Source: a virus. Taken from it: DNA of 64,000 nt. The notes under the pieces were generated by a model. The model was not told where the DNA came from, did no database searches, and was given only the letters and a program-made list of their open reading frames with translations. The DNA lies in the IMG/VR virus record IMGVR_UViG_3300045988_062794, one strand, 5' to 3'. This document shows, in pieces, positions 33,098 through 42,735 of this stretch (the first letter of the stretch is position 1; every line of letters begins with the position of its first letter). Both the position numbers and the translations under genes were made by a program.

Positions 33098-33312
33098 GTT
33101 TAGACATACTTAATACTACGTTAACCTGTAGTATTTTTGAATTAATATGTTTCTGCTTCTTATGCTGTACTATCAGCAACATAGTAAATCTTACTACGTT
33201 CATGTTTATATTTAAATCATATATGCATGATAAAGAAGAAGAAAAACTCAGTAAACAAAAAAGTCAAGAATGCTACTCCAATTCAGATAGACGGAATATC
33301 ATTCAAGAGTAA
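33094..33312 (+). CDS. small hydrophobic protein (doubtful)
   Basis: 72 aa with ATGA start/stop coupling to the upstream gene. It overlaps the next CDS by 86 nt. Confidence 0.3.
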   Translation: MSLDILNTTLTCSIFELICFCFLCCTISNIVNLTTFMFIFKSYMHDKEEEKLSKQKSQECYSNSDRRNIIQE

Positions 33313-33631
33313 ATTAGAAGGTTATGTTTACTCTAGACTTAAAGAAGAGAAGTTAAAAGCTGAATATGAACCTATTAAGTTTGAACTTATACCTTCATTT
33401 CAGTTTCAAGATAAAAAAATTCGGCCTATGACTTATACTCCAGATTTTGTTGGTAACAACTTTATAATCGAAGCAAAAGGTAGGCCGAATGATGTGTTTC
33501 CTTATAAATGGAAGTTATTTATGTATTATCTTAAATTAAATAATTTAGATAAGAAATATATGCTTTTCATAGTACATAATCATAAGGAAACAGAAGAATG
33601 TATAAAGAAGATAAAAGCCTATGAAAACTAA
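33227..33631 (+). CDS. DUF1064-type PD-(D/E)XK endonuclease
   Basis: 134 aa. IDGISFKSKLEGYVYSRL ... YTPDF ... IIEAKG matches the G.xFdSk.Ea..y / tYtPDF / iEvKG pattern. Confidence 0.6.
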   Translation: MIKKKKNSVNKKVKNATPIQIDGISFKSKLEGYVYSRLKEEKLKAEYEPIKFELIPSFQFQDKKIRPMTYTPDFVGNNFIIEAKGRPNDVFPYKWKLFMYYLKLNNLDKKYMLFIVHNHKETEECIKKIKAYEN

Positions 33632-33733
33632 TATTTTGAATTTTGATCTCATTATTGATTTTGGTCCAAAAAGAGAATTTACCTTTATAGGATTAGAAGA
33701 AGAAAACAATGATGACGATGAAGACGGTTGATT

Positions 33734-34753
33734 ATGGATTTAAGTATACCTTATTATGAAGATATGACGCGTATCTCTAACAGTAATTTAGGGATCTTTA
33801 TAAAAAAGGGCCCAAGATGCTTGAAAGATACGTTAGACGGAACCGCTGAAGGTCTTAAAGCTAGTTATTTAGATAAAGGAACTATGATACATATGTATAT
33901 ACTCCAACCAGATGAATTCTGGGCTCATTATCGAATATTAGACTTTGATACTCCAAGTAGTAAACAGCAACAATTATTTGCTGAGAATCTAGTTGGTACT
34001 GTAGAAATAGACCCTGATTTAGCCCTTATAAAGGCTTATTCAGCTGCTTATAGTACAAAAGGTAAGAGTAATGATAAAGTGCTCTTAGAAGCCAAGGAAA
34101 TGGCTAAAAAGCTAGAGAACTATATTGAATATCTTAAGACTGAGAGGCAAACTGAGATGAAAGTAATATCGTTTGCAGATCTTCAGATGCTAAAAACAAT
34201 CAAGAGTAATCTTGAGAAGCATAAGAAAGCAAACGAATTACTATATAACTTACCAAATACGTGTGAACAAAACAATGAGTTTCACATAAATTGGGAATTT
34301 CCAAAAACTTTCCAAAACTATCAGCTATCGTGTAAGTCTTTGTTAGATAGATTAATAATCGATCATACAGAGAAAAAGATTATCTTAGTAGACTTAAAAA
34401 CTACTGCTGATGTAAACAATTTTAAGCATTCTATTGAAGAGTATGACTATCGTAGACAATTAGCTTACTATTGGTTAGCTATTCATTGGTACTTTAAGTA
34501 CGAATTACAAAAAGATATTGCTGAATATACTTATGAAACATATATCATTGCTATACAAAGCAATAATGGTTATGAAGTAAAAGTATTTAAGTTTACACCA
34601 GAATCTATTGAAGCAAAACTTACGTTAATATCAGATACTATCGAACAAATCTGTTGGCACAAACAGAACAATTTATGGGATTACTCTCGTAATTACTATG
34701 AGGGAGATGGATCAGAGATATACAATGAATGCTGTGATAGCTCTATTCTTTAA
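33734..34753 (+). CDS. RecB/Cas4-family PD-(D/E)XK exonuclease
   Basis: LLDRLIIDH...IILVDLKTT...RRQLAYY supplies the D / (D/E)xK / QxxxY motifs. The start is trimmed from TTG 33728 to ATG 33734. Confidence 0.65.
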   Translation: MDLSIPYYEDMTRISNSNLGIFIKKGPRCLKDTLDGTAEGLKASYLDKGTMIHMYILQPDEFWAHYRILDFDTPSSKQQQLFAENLVGTVEIDPDLALIKAYSAAYSTKGKSNDKVLLEAKEMAKKLENYIEYLKTERQTEMKVISFADLQMLKTIKSNLEKHKKANELLYNLPNTCEQNNEFHINWEFPKTFQNYQLSCKSLLDRLIIDHTEKKIILVDLKTTADVNNFKHSIEEYDYRRQLAYYWLAIHWYFKYELQKDIAEYTYETYIIAIQSNNGYEVKVFKFTPESIEAKLTLISDTIEQICWHKQNNLWDYSRNYYEGDGSEIYNECCDSSIL

Positions 34754-35210
34754 TGCTTCATATGTAAATCTTGTATTGTATAAGTATACAAAGTATTGGA
34801 TAAAAGATAACAATATCTATATAGACTACAAAGGCCTATCATACTTAGAGTATACAAATATGGTACAAAAAGTTAGTAATCACAAACTATTTATAGGTAA
34901 GTATCGTTATAAAGGAGAAATAGATTACCATACAGTATTTATTCTCCGAATAAACCCAACACAGAGAAGATTGATATCACTGGTAGAGAATAAGTATTAT
35001 CACTTACTATCAGATGAAGTAAAGAAACAAATATTTATATTTACTTCGGTATATTCAATTGACTCTAATAAAACCGATAGAACTATGATAGTGTTTGAAG
35101 ATATAAACTTAGAAAGTAAGAATGAAGTATTCACACTCGATATAATCGAGGAACAAGATATAAATATTCAGATTAGCCCATGTTTAGAAGATATGAGTTA
35201 CTTTGAATAG
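34698..35210 (+). CDS. hypothetical protein
   Basis: 170-aa ORF and the last gene of the plus-strand block. It overlaps the upstream gene by 56 nt, so the start is uncertain. Confidence 0.45.
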   Translation: MREMDQRYTMNAVIALFFNASYVNLVLYKYTKYWIKDNNIYIDYKGLSYLEYTNMVQKVSNHKLFIGKYRYKGEIDYHTVFILRINPTQRRLISLVENKYYHLLSDEVKKQIFIFTSVYSIDSNKTDRTMIVFEDINLESKNEVFTLDIIEEQDINIQISPCLEDMSYFE

Positions 35211-35246
35211 TCGCTGTAATTTAGTTGTTTTAATATTAATTGTAAA

Positions 35247-35283
35247 AAGAAAGGGGACCGTTGTGAAACGCTCCCCTTTTTGT
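35247..35283. terminator. bidirectional intrinsic terminator at the convergence point
   Basis: AAAGGGGA (35250-35257) / TCCCCTTT (35272-35279), with an A run upstream and a T run downstream. It lies between the 3' ends of the plus-strand and minus-strand blocks. Confidence 0.75.
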
Positions 35284-38200
35284 TTATCCACCAATACGAT
35301 TCTGTAAGTCTCGTAATTTTTCTCCTGGATTCTTCATATTATAATAAGCATTAAGCCAAGGAATAACTTTAATAAAGTCTCTTTGCCAGCCATACAGACC
35401 TTTAAAAGCTCCCTTTTTAATCTTCTTATATTTCCTTTCTTTAAAGTAAGACCAAGGACCAAATGCAGTACCTATATCTTCTACAGTTTGTAGTAATGGA
35501 GATACTGAGTTAAATATATCAGCAATATCCATAACATTATATCTTGAACCTGATTCAAGTGAGATTTTCTTTAATTCAAGCATGAGAATATTTTGATACC
35601 AATAGTCATCATCAGGTCCTGTACTACCTATCATACCTAAAGCATTAAATAGAGTAAGCCAGAATATATAAGTAAATACCTGAGCATTAAATCTCTTAGC
35701 ATAAGTTTCAATTTGTTTCCTTGTATAACTTTCACTAACATTAAATTTATCTGATAACTCAGATATATCTCTTTCCTTATTTCTAAATGTAAGAGCTCTT
35801 ATTGCTTTTATACCCCAGTTATTAGCTCCGTAAAGCCATCCATACCAATAAGCCATTGCTGTACCTATAGCAAGTTCCTTTGTTTGGTAATTCCAATATG
35901 CTGGATTCCATGTATTTTCTATATTTTTCGGTAGAAAAGCACGGAACATCAGTATAGTAGAAAGTGCAGTATGTAAATGTACACCTGATTTATCAGCAGT
36001 TTCAACCATACCTTCTGCATGACTTGATATATTACCTAACTTATCACTTATCTCATTCTCTAACTCTTTAGTTACATACTTCTTATACTCTGGTTTTATC
36101 TTAACTCCGCCTTTCTTATCATATGCTGACCATAATGTAGTTTTAGTAGAATTATAGATAGCTCTCTTTTCTTCTATAGACTGTTCAGGAAAATGGTTAT
36201 AAAGAAAATCATTCTCAGAAATAAAATGCTTATTACCATCTTCTAATTCGAGCAATCTATAGTTGTTATAGATCCCTCTCATAAACACAGAGTTAGGTAA
36301 GAAAGACATTAGTTTAAATGCAGAATATGGTTCTATAGTTCTTGTTATCATTCTACCAACTCTCCATCTATTGGTATTAGCCATATCTTCTTCCTGATTA
36401 AACGATAACCCATTGTATTCAAGCATAGATACTAAATCACTGTCTCCCATATTCTTACCAAGCTGTCTTAAAGTTTTAAGAGTAAGCAATTCTTTAGCTA
36501 ATTCAGCATTACCAAGAGTAAAATCACGGACATTCATATGCCTATTAATATAGGCATCAGCAGCATAAAAAGACCATGCAGAAACACCACCTGATATAGC
36601 TGAACGTAAGTTCCAAGACAAACCTATATCTCTACCCCATGTAGCAAAGTGTCTAAAAATCTTATCTAATGAAATACGACTATTACCTATAGTAATTTCA
36701 GGTAATGCGGTTCGTCTACCATATAAGTGATAAGAAATATACTTATGTATTACATTACTAAGATTAGAATTTGCGGCAGATACAGTATTTTGACTCTTTA
36801 CTACCTTACCTTCTCTTTTAATAGTTTCATCTAACAAATTCAACTGAGGAGCTACTTTCTTTTTAGCTTCGTAGTTACAGCCCATTCTATAGTAACGCAT
36901 TACTGCTCCAACTAAATCATTAGTACCTACAGAAGGATCTGCTAACATAGTGGTATATTGAGTAGGCATAATATTAATTTCAGTACCATTAGGTCTTACT
37001 TTATTCTTTACACCATGTAATTCATCATCTGGAGTAATAGCAAAAGCATCTAACATATAATCTCTTACTCCGGTAACTAAACCTTTACCACTTATGTAGT
37101 TCCATATAGTACCAGGTATCTGTGGTAACTTGTAATCATTACGATAATTAGTATGAGTTAATTTAGCATTAGTTTCTCCTATGGTATCTATTAAAGCCTG
37201 TCTAAGCTTAGATAAATTAGTGTTTCTCATAACAGCATTGTAATCTTTTCTGTTATCATATAACTCTAATTTAGGCTGTTCAGCTTCAGGTATAGTAGGA
37301 TCATAATTAGGATTATAGAAAGCAGATTCTTCAGATGTCTCAGCCCAATTATTATTAGGTACTCTATGCATGTACTTATCATTTATTGGCTTTACTGTGG
37401 TCATATAAGAGAAGTAATGCTTGACACCTTTATCATCTACCCATATATCATCAGGAGATACTGCATCTTTACCACCATTATCTTTAGCTATATCACTAAG
37501 TTCAGACTTAAACAGTCTTCTACCACCACCTAACTTACCTGATTTACGACGGATTCTATACATAGCTATATCAAGTTCTCTAATCTTCTCTTTTACTTCT
37601 TGTGGCATACGAACATAATCTACTTCGTATCTATCGGTTCTGTAAAGTTTTAAGAGATTAGTTCTTGCTTGATATAGTCTGTCATATATCTCTCCGTAAT
37701 CTTTCTTATTCTGTTTAGATACAAGAGCTTCAAATTCTGGAGTATATTCCCATCTCGTATTTCTTTCTAACCAAGCCTCATAGATAGTGTACCTACCATC
37801 AGGAGTATATCCTTCTATTTCTCTCATTTTTTCCATCTCAGCCATGAAAGCAGCCATATTAGCCTTTGATTTAAGCCCTTTACGGAGCTTTTCATAAGCT
37901 TCTGTAAGTTCCATAGCTATCTTATACTCTACGCTATCTTCTGGCTTTATTTCGCCTGTAAGAGCATCATATGGGTTAGCTAAATTCCTTTTCTTTTCAA
38001 GTAATCTTTGATATTTATCATAATCATCTTGAGACATATTTTCGAATCTAGGTTTCTTAGTAACATTATCTAAATAAGGCTTAAGTAAGTTATCAATATC
38101 TATATTTACTTCGGATAATGCTTGATTAGCTTCTATGCTAAGATTAGCAAATATATCGTAGAACTCAGGAGTATATTTTCTTTCAGCATGTTTAGATTTC

Positions 38201-41200
38201 CAGTCATTATACGCTCTCTGATATTCTAACCATAGATTTTGATCAAGTTTCAACTCATCTACACTAGCTAATTTATGGTCTTTTAACCATTTCTTACGCC
38301 AATTATACTTATCATTTTGATATTCACCATACTTTCTATCTCTAATGATATAACCTGTTTTTTTACCTTTAGAGTTTCTTTCAAACAGCAATAGGTGATC
38401 TCTTGTAGCAGCAGCTAAACCCATAAGTTCAGCATACTTGTGATATACTTTCTTATGAACTTCATTGTTTACATCACCTATAACCTTTCTAACAGAAGAA
38501 ATAACAACATTATTTGTACTATTTGGTAAACCTGCATACTTATGATAAGCCGAGATATCAGAATCAAAACTTAACCAGTTCATTAGTGCACTTTCTATAC
38601 GAGGATCGTTCGCTTCTTCCATTTCACCTTTTAAGAAGTTAGTAAGAGTTCTAATAACTGTGTTTTTATACTTCCAACCAATATTATTTCTACTATCCAT
38701 CTTAATTGAACTGAACTCAGCTCTTAAAGCATTTAAAGTCTGTCTAATATCATTAAATACATTAGTACCAAGTAGTGATTCGTATATAGCATCATTAAAC
38801 TCCTGTGAGAATACTGTCTCATATAGATTATTCAAGTTAGCTTCATGAGGATATAAATATTCAGCACCAAAGTTATCTAGTGCTACTCTATACTTATTAG
38901 TAGTTGCTTCATCACCCATCGTCTTAGCGTTCTCAATCTTCTCATTAATATTATCAAGAACTTTTTCTGCTTCAGCTAATGAGTCTATTACACTATTCAT
39001 ATACTCAATACTACCATTAAGCACATCAAGCATACTATTAGGATCAGTAATATTCTTTACAGTATTAGAAAGATTATTTAATCTATTGAAAACACTTGTA
39101 TTTCTAACAGTTTCTCTTCTATCAAATGAATCATCAATAGGGTTATACTGCATAGATTGAGTACGTATTTCTAATGTCTTTACTATAGAGTCAAAAGTAG
39201 ACATTAACTTAGTAGCAGCAATCTCTTCACGTTTACTTGCAGCAGGTAATGCTAAAGGTATGTAATCATCAGTATTTTCATTATGCTCTAATGTCTGATA
39301 AGCATTATATTCAATTACATTCTCTACTATCCTGTTTATAAGATTCTCATGAGTAGTATTCTTACCAAACAATCTCTTAAACCAATCCATTAACCTTTGT
39401 AGTATAGTCTTTTTACCAGTAGATGCAGGGAAATCCTGCATATTGTGGATTACTTCAGGATTAGAAAACAGCTCAGCTGCAAACTCATATACATTTTTAC
39501 TAGCATGGTCTTCATGAGTAGCTGCATACTCTTTCTGTATAGCTCTAAGTTCATTAGCTGCTTCTGTATCTGCTGCTAAAGAATCTAGAGTAATCGCATG
39601 AGCTATTTCATGTAGTAATACATTCTCTAATGAACCATATCTACTAAAATCACCAGTAGTATTTACTACAATCTTATTTGTATTTCTATCGTATATAGCA
39701 GGTGTCCAATAAGTAGCTTCAGGATATATCTCATTTAATGGTCTATCTGTATATTCAATAGATACAGGTTGCATGTTTATTTTATTAGCAACATCCCTAA
39801 GTACAGTAGCCATTTTAGATCTAGAGTTATCTAATAAATCCTTACTATTAGAAATAACTTTTGTTATTACTTGATTATTTGTATAGTTATCACTATTGTA
39901 TTCCCTATTAGGATTGTATTTAATCGTATTATTCTTATGTAAGTCAGATTGAAAGTCTATAATCTTATACATTAATGGTTCAATCTGATTATATAGATTC
40001 TTCTCTTTATTAAAGAATGAAGCAAAGAACTTAGTTATAGCCTCTACTACAGATTTAAAGATATTCTTTTCTTTTATTTCTGTCTCTCCGATTGCTGGTA
40101 TCTCTTTTAATAACATCTGAAAAGCAGGATTACTAAAAAATTCAGCAATAAATTCTTGAGGGTTAGTAAAACCATAATTTAACGAATCTTGCATTAATGT
40201 TCCAAATATTTTTGGAATCTCAAAATACTTATTACAATGGTCTATGATAGCAATTATATCAGATACAAATTCATTATTACCGTATTCATCTCTTCCGGCT
40301 AATGCTATAGAACTAAAAGCATGTACAATTTCGTGTAGCAAAGTTCTATAACCAAAAGATTCTTTATTTATAGTTATCTTAGCAGTGTATTCGTTTGTTT
40401 CTGGATCAATTTTAAAGGAAGTATTACCAACCGCTTTAGTTAAAGCAAAAGAATCTTCTGAGTTATAATCAATCTCTATTAATATATCTTCATAATAAGG
40501 TATTTCCTGCAAATGTCTTATAAAAGGAGCGTATTCAGGCAACTCTTTAGATAATAGTTCTAATGCTTGTTTGATGTTAGTAACATTAGATATTTTTTGC
40601 ATTTGTTCATTAGCATTTCTAGTATCCAACTCAGATTGTCCTTTTGCTAAATCCTCTAACAAATTATATGTACCTTGTAGTTTTGGAGCTTTCTTAGACA
40701 AAAGTGATGTTCTATATAAGTATTCATCTAATACTTTTAGTTTCATGTCTTCAAAACCACGGTCATACTCTTCAACAAACATCTTGATTGTATCTAAATG
40801 ATACTTTCTTGCAGCTAATTTTAATTGAGTTAATTTTAAATTAGAAATAAATGTATTTAATTCCTTATTATATTTTATCTTTTGATAAGCATTGTATTGT
40901 TTTAAGCTCTTTGCTCGTGTTATTACAGGTAATTCTGTTGCTTCCCTATACACAGGCATGTTAAATAGACGATCCTGTACTTCTTTAGAATAGTCTGAAA
41001 GTTTATTGTATCCTTTGTTAATGTTATTAACTGCTGCTATTAAAGAGTCAACAGGTATCAACAGTCTATCTAATTTGTCTATTTCCTCATTTAATAGAGT
41101 TAGATAGCGACTCTCAGAAAGATTATTTAATTCTCTTAATGTACTATCTGTTGTAGAGTAATCCGCATCATATATGTATATACCTAGAATTTCTTGCATT

Positions 41201-42729
41201 ATAGCATCTAGGTTAGTTTCACGTAACTTTGAATTACTCGATAGTTTACTACGTCTTTTACGTAATTCAGTTTCATTCTCAGCTTTCTCTACAGTTTTAG
41301 TTCTTAGCTTAACATAGGAATTATAGAAATTTTCTAATCTAGTCTCTCTATTTACTATTTTCTGATTATATATATTATTATCCTGAGTAGAGAATGTACC
41401 TTGATTATCTATTGATTTAATTTGATTTGGATCAAGAACTACGATTTGATCGGCATTAAATCTTTTGAGTGTACCAAGAAATGTTTTACCACTGTCTGTT
41501 AAATGTTGAAGATATGCTCCATCTTTATTTAAGAGTCTAGCTAACTTAATTAATGCATTAGCATTATAAAATGCATATTTGCTGTCTTTATTTTTACCAA
41601 AAATCTCTTTGATAGATTGTAATAAGGTTGGTTGATATTTTGGACGAACCACACTTCTTAAAGTGTCTTCGTCAATATTTAATATTTTTGAAACTTCTTT
41701 AAAACTAATTTCATTCCAAGCAACACCATTACCATCAAACTCTAACGGATCTTTAATTGATAAAAATACAGGCATTATATTATTTTTGACAGTATAACCT
41801 TTAGCAAATTTTTTATTTGAAGTAAAATATGCACCATCTTTAAACCCATTGTATGATTCATAGTCAATTTGAAATGTATCAAAGGAAGCATCTGTTCCAT
41901 GATACACCACTAAAGGTTCACCATTCTCGTCTACTACTTTGGATACACCAATATATTTATTTAAATAATCTTCAAAATGTTGATTTTCATTTAAATACTC
42001 TATTGGAATGTTAGTAATGTTTAAAATAGTATTATTTATCCCTTCTTTCCATAATTTAGATTCTCTTTCTTTCCCACCTCTTTCAATATTTCTTTTTACA
42101 AAATCTTCGTCTTTTAAATTTATAATTCTGTCGAAGTCTTGTGGAAACATTTTAAGCAAATTATGTGGAGAAGCAAATAATATTTTACCTTCTTTTTTAG
42201 TTTTACTTTTTACTCTTTCCCATTCTTCTGTAAGAAACTCTACATAATCTGGATGGTTTTCTGGATAAATTAAATACTCATTTCTAGCTTTTTTATATTC
42301 TGGAGTTCCTTTAACAGTATTTGAATGGTCTTCAATCCATTTGTCTCGTTTTTCATTGAACTCTACATCCCAATCGATGATTTTATCTTTATATTTACCA
42401 GATTCCAATGAGTATGTTTTACCAATTGCAGGGTGACCAAAAACGATATCACCAGGTTTTAATGGATTAACCCAATCCCCAAACCAGTCTTTAAAGCTCT
42501 CAGAGTAAGTTCTAGCCTTAGCTTGAATAGCAGCTACTCTATCACCATTATAATGCTCTAAAAGGTCTGAAAATAGCTTAGATGGCTCCCCATTGGGAGC
42601 CTTATCTATGCCATTACCATTGTTAAGCGACCATATATGATAAGCCGCTGCTTCACTTGTTGCATTTTTTAATTCTTCGAATTCTCTTGCAACTTCTTCG
42701 TTTTTTAAATTAGGACAAATTATACTCAT
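35284..42729 (-). CDS. giant polyvalent virion/cargo protein (P-loop NTPase, ART-PolyVal-like region, two zincin HExxH modules)
   Basis: 2,481-aa uninterrupted ORF. Walker A GHPAIGKT lies at 42415-42438. VVYHGTDASFDTF...GAYFTSNKKFAKGY resembles the ART domain of polyvalent proteins. HEIVH lies at 40321-40335 and HEIAH at 39598-39612. Confidence 0.8.
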   Translation of the reverse strand: MSIICPNLKNEEVAREFEELKNATSEAAAYHIWSLNNGNGIDKAPNGEPSKLFSDLLEHYNGDRVAAIQAKARTYSESFKDWFGDWVNPLKPGDIVFGHPAIGKTYSLESGKYKDKIIDWDVEFNEKRDKWIEDHSNTVKGTPEYKKARNEYLIYPENHPDYVEFLTEEWERVKSKTKKEGKILFASPHNLLKMFPQDFDRIINLKDEDFVKRNIERGGKERESKLWKEGINNTILNITNIPIEYLNENQHFEDYLNKYIGVSKVVDENGEPLVVYHGTDASFDTFQIDYESYNGFKDGAYFTSNKKFAKGYTVKNNIMPVFLSIKDPLEFDGNGVAWNEISFKEVSKILNIDEDTLRSVVRPKYQPTLLQSIKEIFGKNKDSKYAFYNANALIKLARLLNKDGAYLQHLTDSGKTFLGTLKRFNADQIVVLDPNQIKSIDNQGTFSTQDNNIYNQKIVNRETRLENFYNSYVKLRTKTVEKAENETELRKRRSKLSSNSKLRETNLDAIMQEILGIYIYDADYSTTDSTLRELNNLSESRYLTLLNEEIDKLDRLLIPVDSLIAAVNNINKGYNKLSDYSKEVQDRLFNMPVYREATELPVITRAKSLKQYNAYQKIKYNKELNTFISNLKLTQLKLAARKYHLDTIKMFVEEYDRGFEDMKLKVLDEYLYRTSLLSKKAPKLQGTYNLLEDLAKGQSELDTRNANEQMQKISNVTNIKQALELLSKELPEYAPFIRHLQEIPYYEDILIEIDYNSEDSFALTKAVGNTSFKIDPETNEYTAKITINKESFGYRTLLHEIVHAFSSIALAGRDEYGNNEFVSDIIAIIDHCNKYFEIPKIFGTLMQDSLNYGFTNPQEFIAEFFSNPAFQMLLKEIPAIGETEIKEKNIFKSVVEAITKFFASFFNKEKNLYNQIEPLMYKIIDFQSDLHKNNTIKYNPNREYNSDNYTNNQVITKVISNSKDLLDNSRSKMATVLRDVANKINMQPVSIEYTDRPLNEIYPEATYWTPAIYDRNTNKIVVNTTGDFSRYGSLENVLLHEIAHAITLDSLAADTEAANELRAIQKEYAATHEDHASKNVYEFAAELFSNPEVIHNMQDFPASTGKKTILQRLMDWFKRLFGKNTTHENLINRIVENVIEYNAYQTLEHNENTDDYIPLALPAASKREEIAATKLMSTFDSIVKTLEIRTQSMQYNPIDDSFDRRETVRNTSVFNRLNNLSNTVKNITDPNSMLDVLNGSIEYMNSVIDSLAEAEKVLDNINEKIENAKTMGDEATTNKYRVALDNFGAEYLYPHEANLNNLYETVFSQEFNDAIYESLLGTNVFNDIRQTLNALRAEFSSIKMDSRNNIGWKYKNTVIRTLTNFLKGEMEEANDPRIESALMNWLSFDSDISAYHKYAGLPNSTNNVVISSVRKVIGDVNNEVHKKVYHKYAELMGLAAATRDHLLLFERNSKGKKTGYIIRDRKYGEYQNDKYNWRKKWLKDHKLASVDELKLDQNLWLEYQRAYNDWKSKHAERKYTPEFYDIFANLSIEANQALSEVNIDIDNLLKPYLDNVTKKPRFENMSQDDYDKYQRLLEKKRNLANPYDALTGEIKPEDSVEYKIAMELTEAYEKLRKGLKSKANMAAFMAEMEKMREIEGYTPDGRYTIYEAWLERNTRWEYTPEFEALVSKQNKKDYGEIYDRLYQARTNLLKLYRTDRYEVDYVRMPQEVKEKIRELDIAMYRIRRKSGKLGGGRRLFKSELSDIAKDNGGKDAVSPDDIWVDDKGVKHYFSYMTTVKPINDKYMHRVPNNNWAETSEESAFYNPNYDPTIPEAEQPKLELYDNRKDYNAVMRNTNLSKLRQALIDTIGETNAKLTHTNYRNDYKLPQIPGTIWNYISGKGLVTGVRDYMLDAFAITPDDELHGVKNKVRPNGTEINIMPTQYTTMLADPSVGTNDLVGAVMRYYRMGCNYEAKKKVAPQLNLLDETIKREGKVVKSQNTVSAANSNLSNVIHKYISYHLYGRRTALPEITIGNSRISLDKIFRHFATWGRDIGLSWNLRSAISGGVSAWSFYAADAYINRHMNVRDFTLGNAELAKELLTLKTLRQLGKNMGDSDLVSMLEYNGLSFNQEEDMANTNRWRVGRMITRTIEPYSAFKLMSFLPNSVFMRGIYNNYRLLELEDGNKHFISENDFLYNHFPEQSIEEKRAIYNSTKTTLWSAYDKKGGVKIKPEYKKYVTKELENEISDKLGNISSHAEGMVETADKSGVHLHTALSTILMFRAFLPKNIENTWNPAYWNYQTKELAIGTAMAYWYGWLYGANNWGIKAIRALTFRNKERDISELSDKFNVSESYTRKQIETYAKRFNAQVFTYIFWLTLFNALGMIGSTGPDDDYWYQNILMLELKKISLESGSRYNVMDIADIFNSVSPLLQTVEDIGTAFGPWSYFKERKYKKIKKGAFKGLYGWQRDFIKVIPWLNAYYNMKNPGEKLRDLQNRIGG

Positions 42730-42735
42730 ATATGA

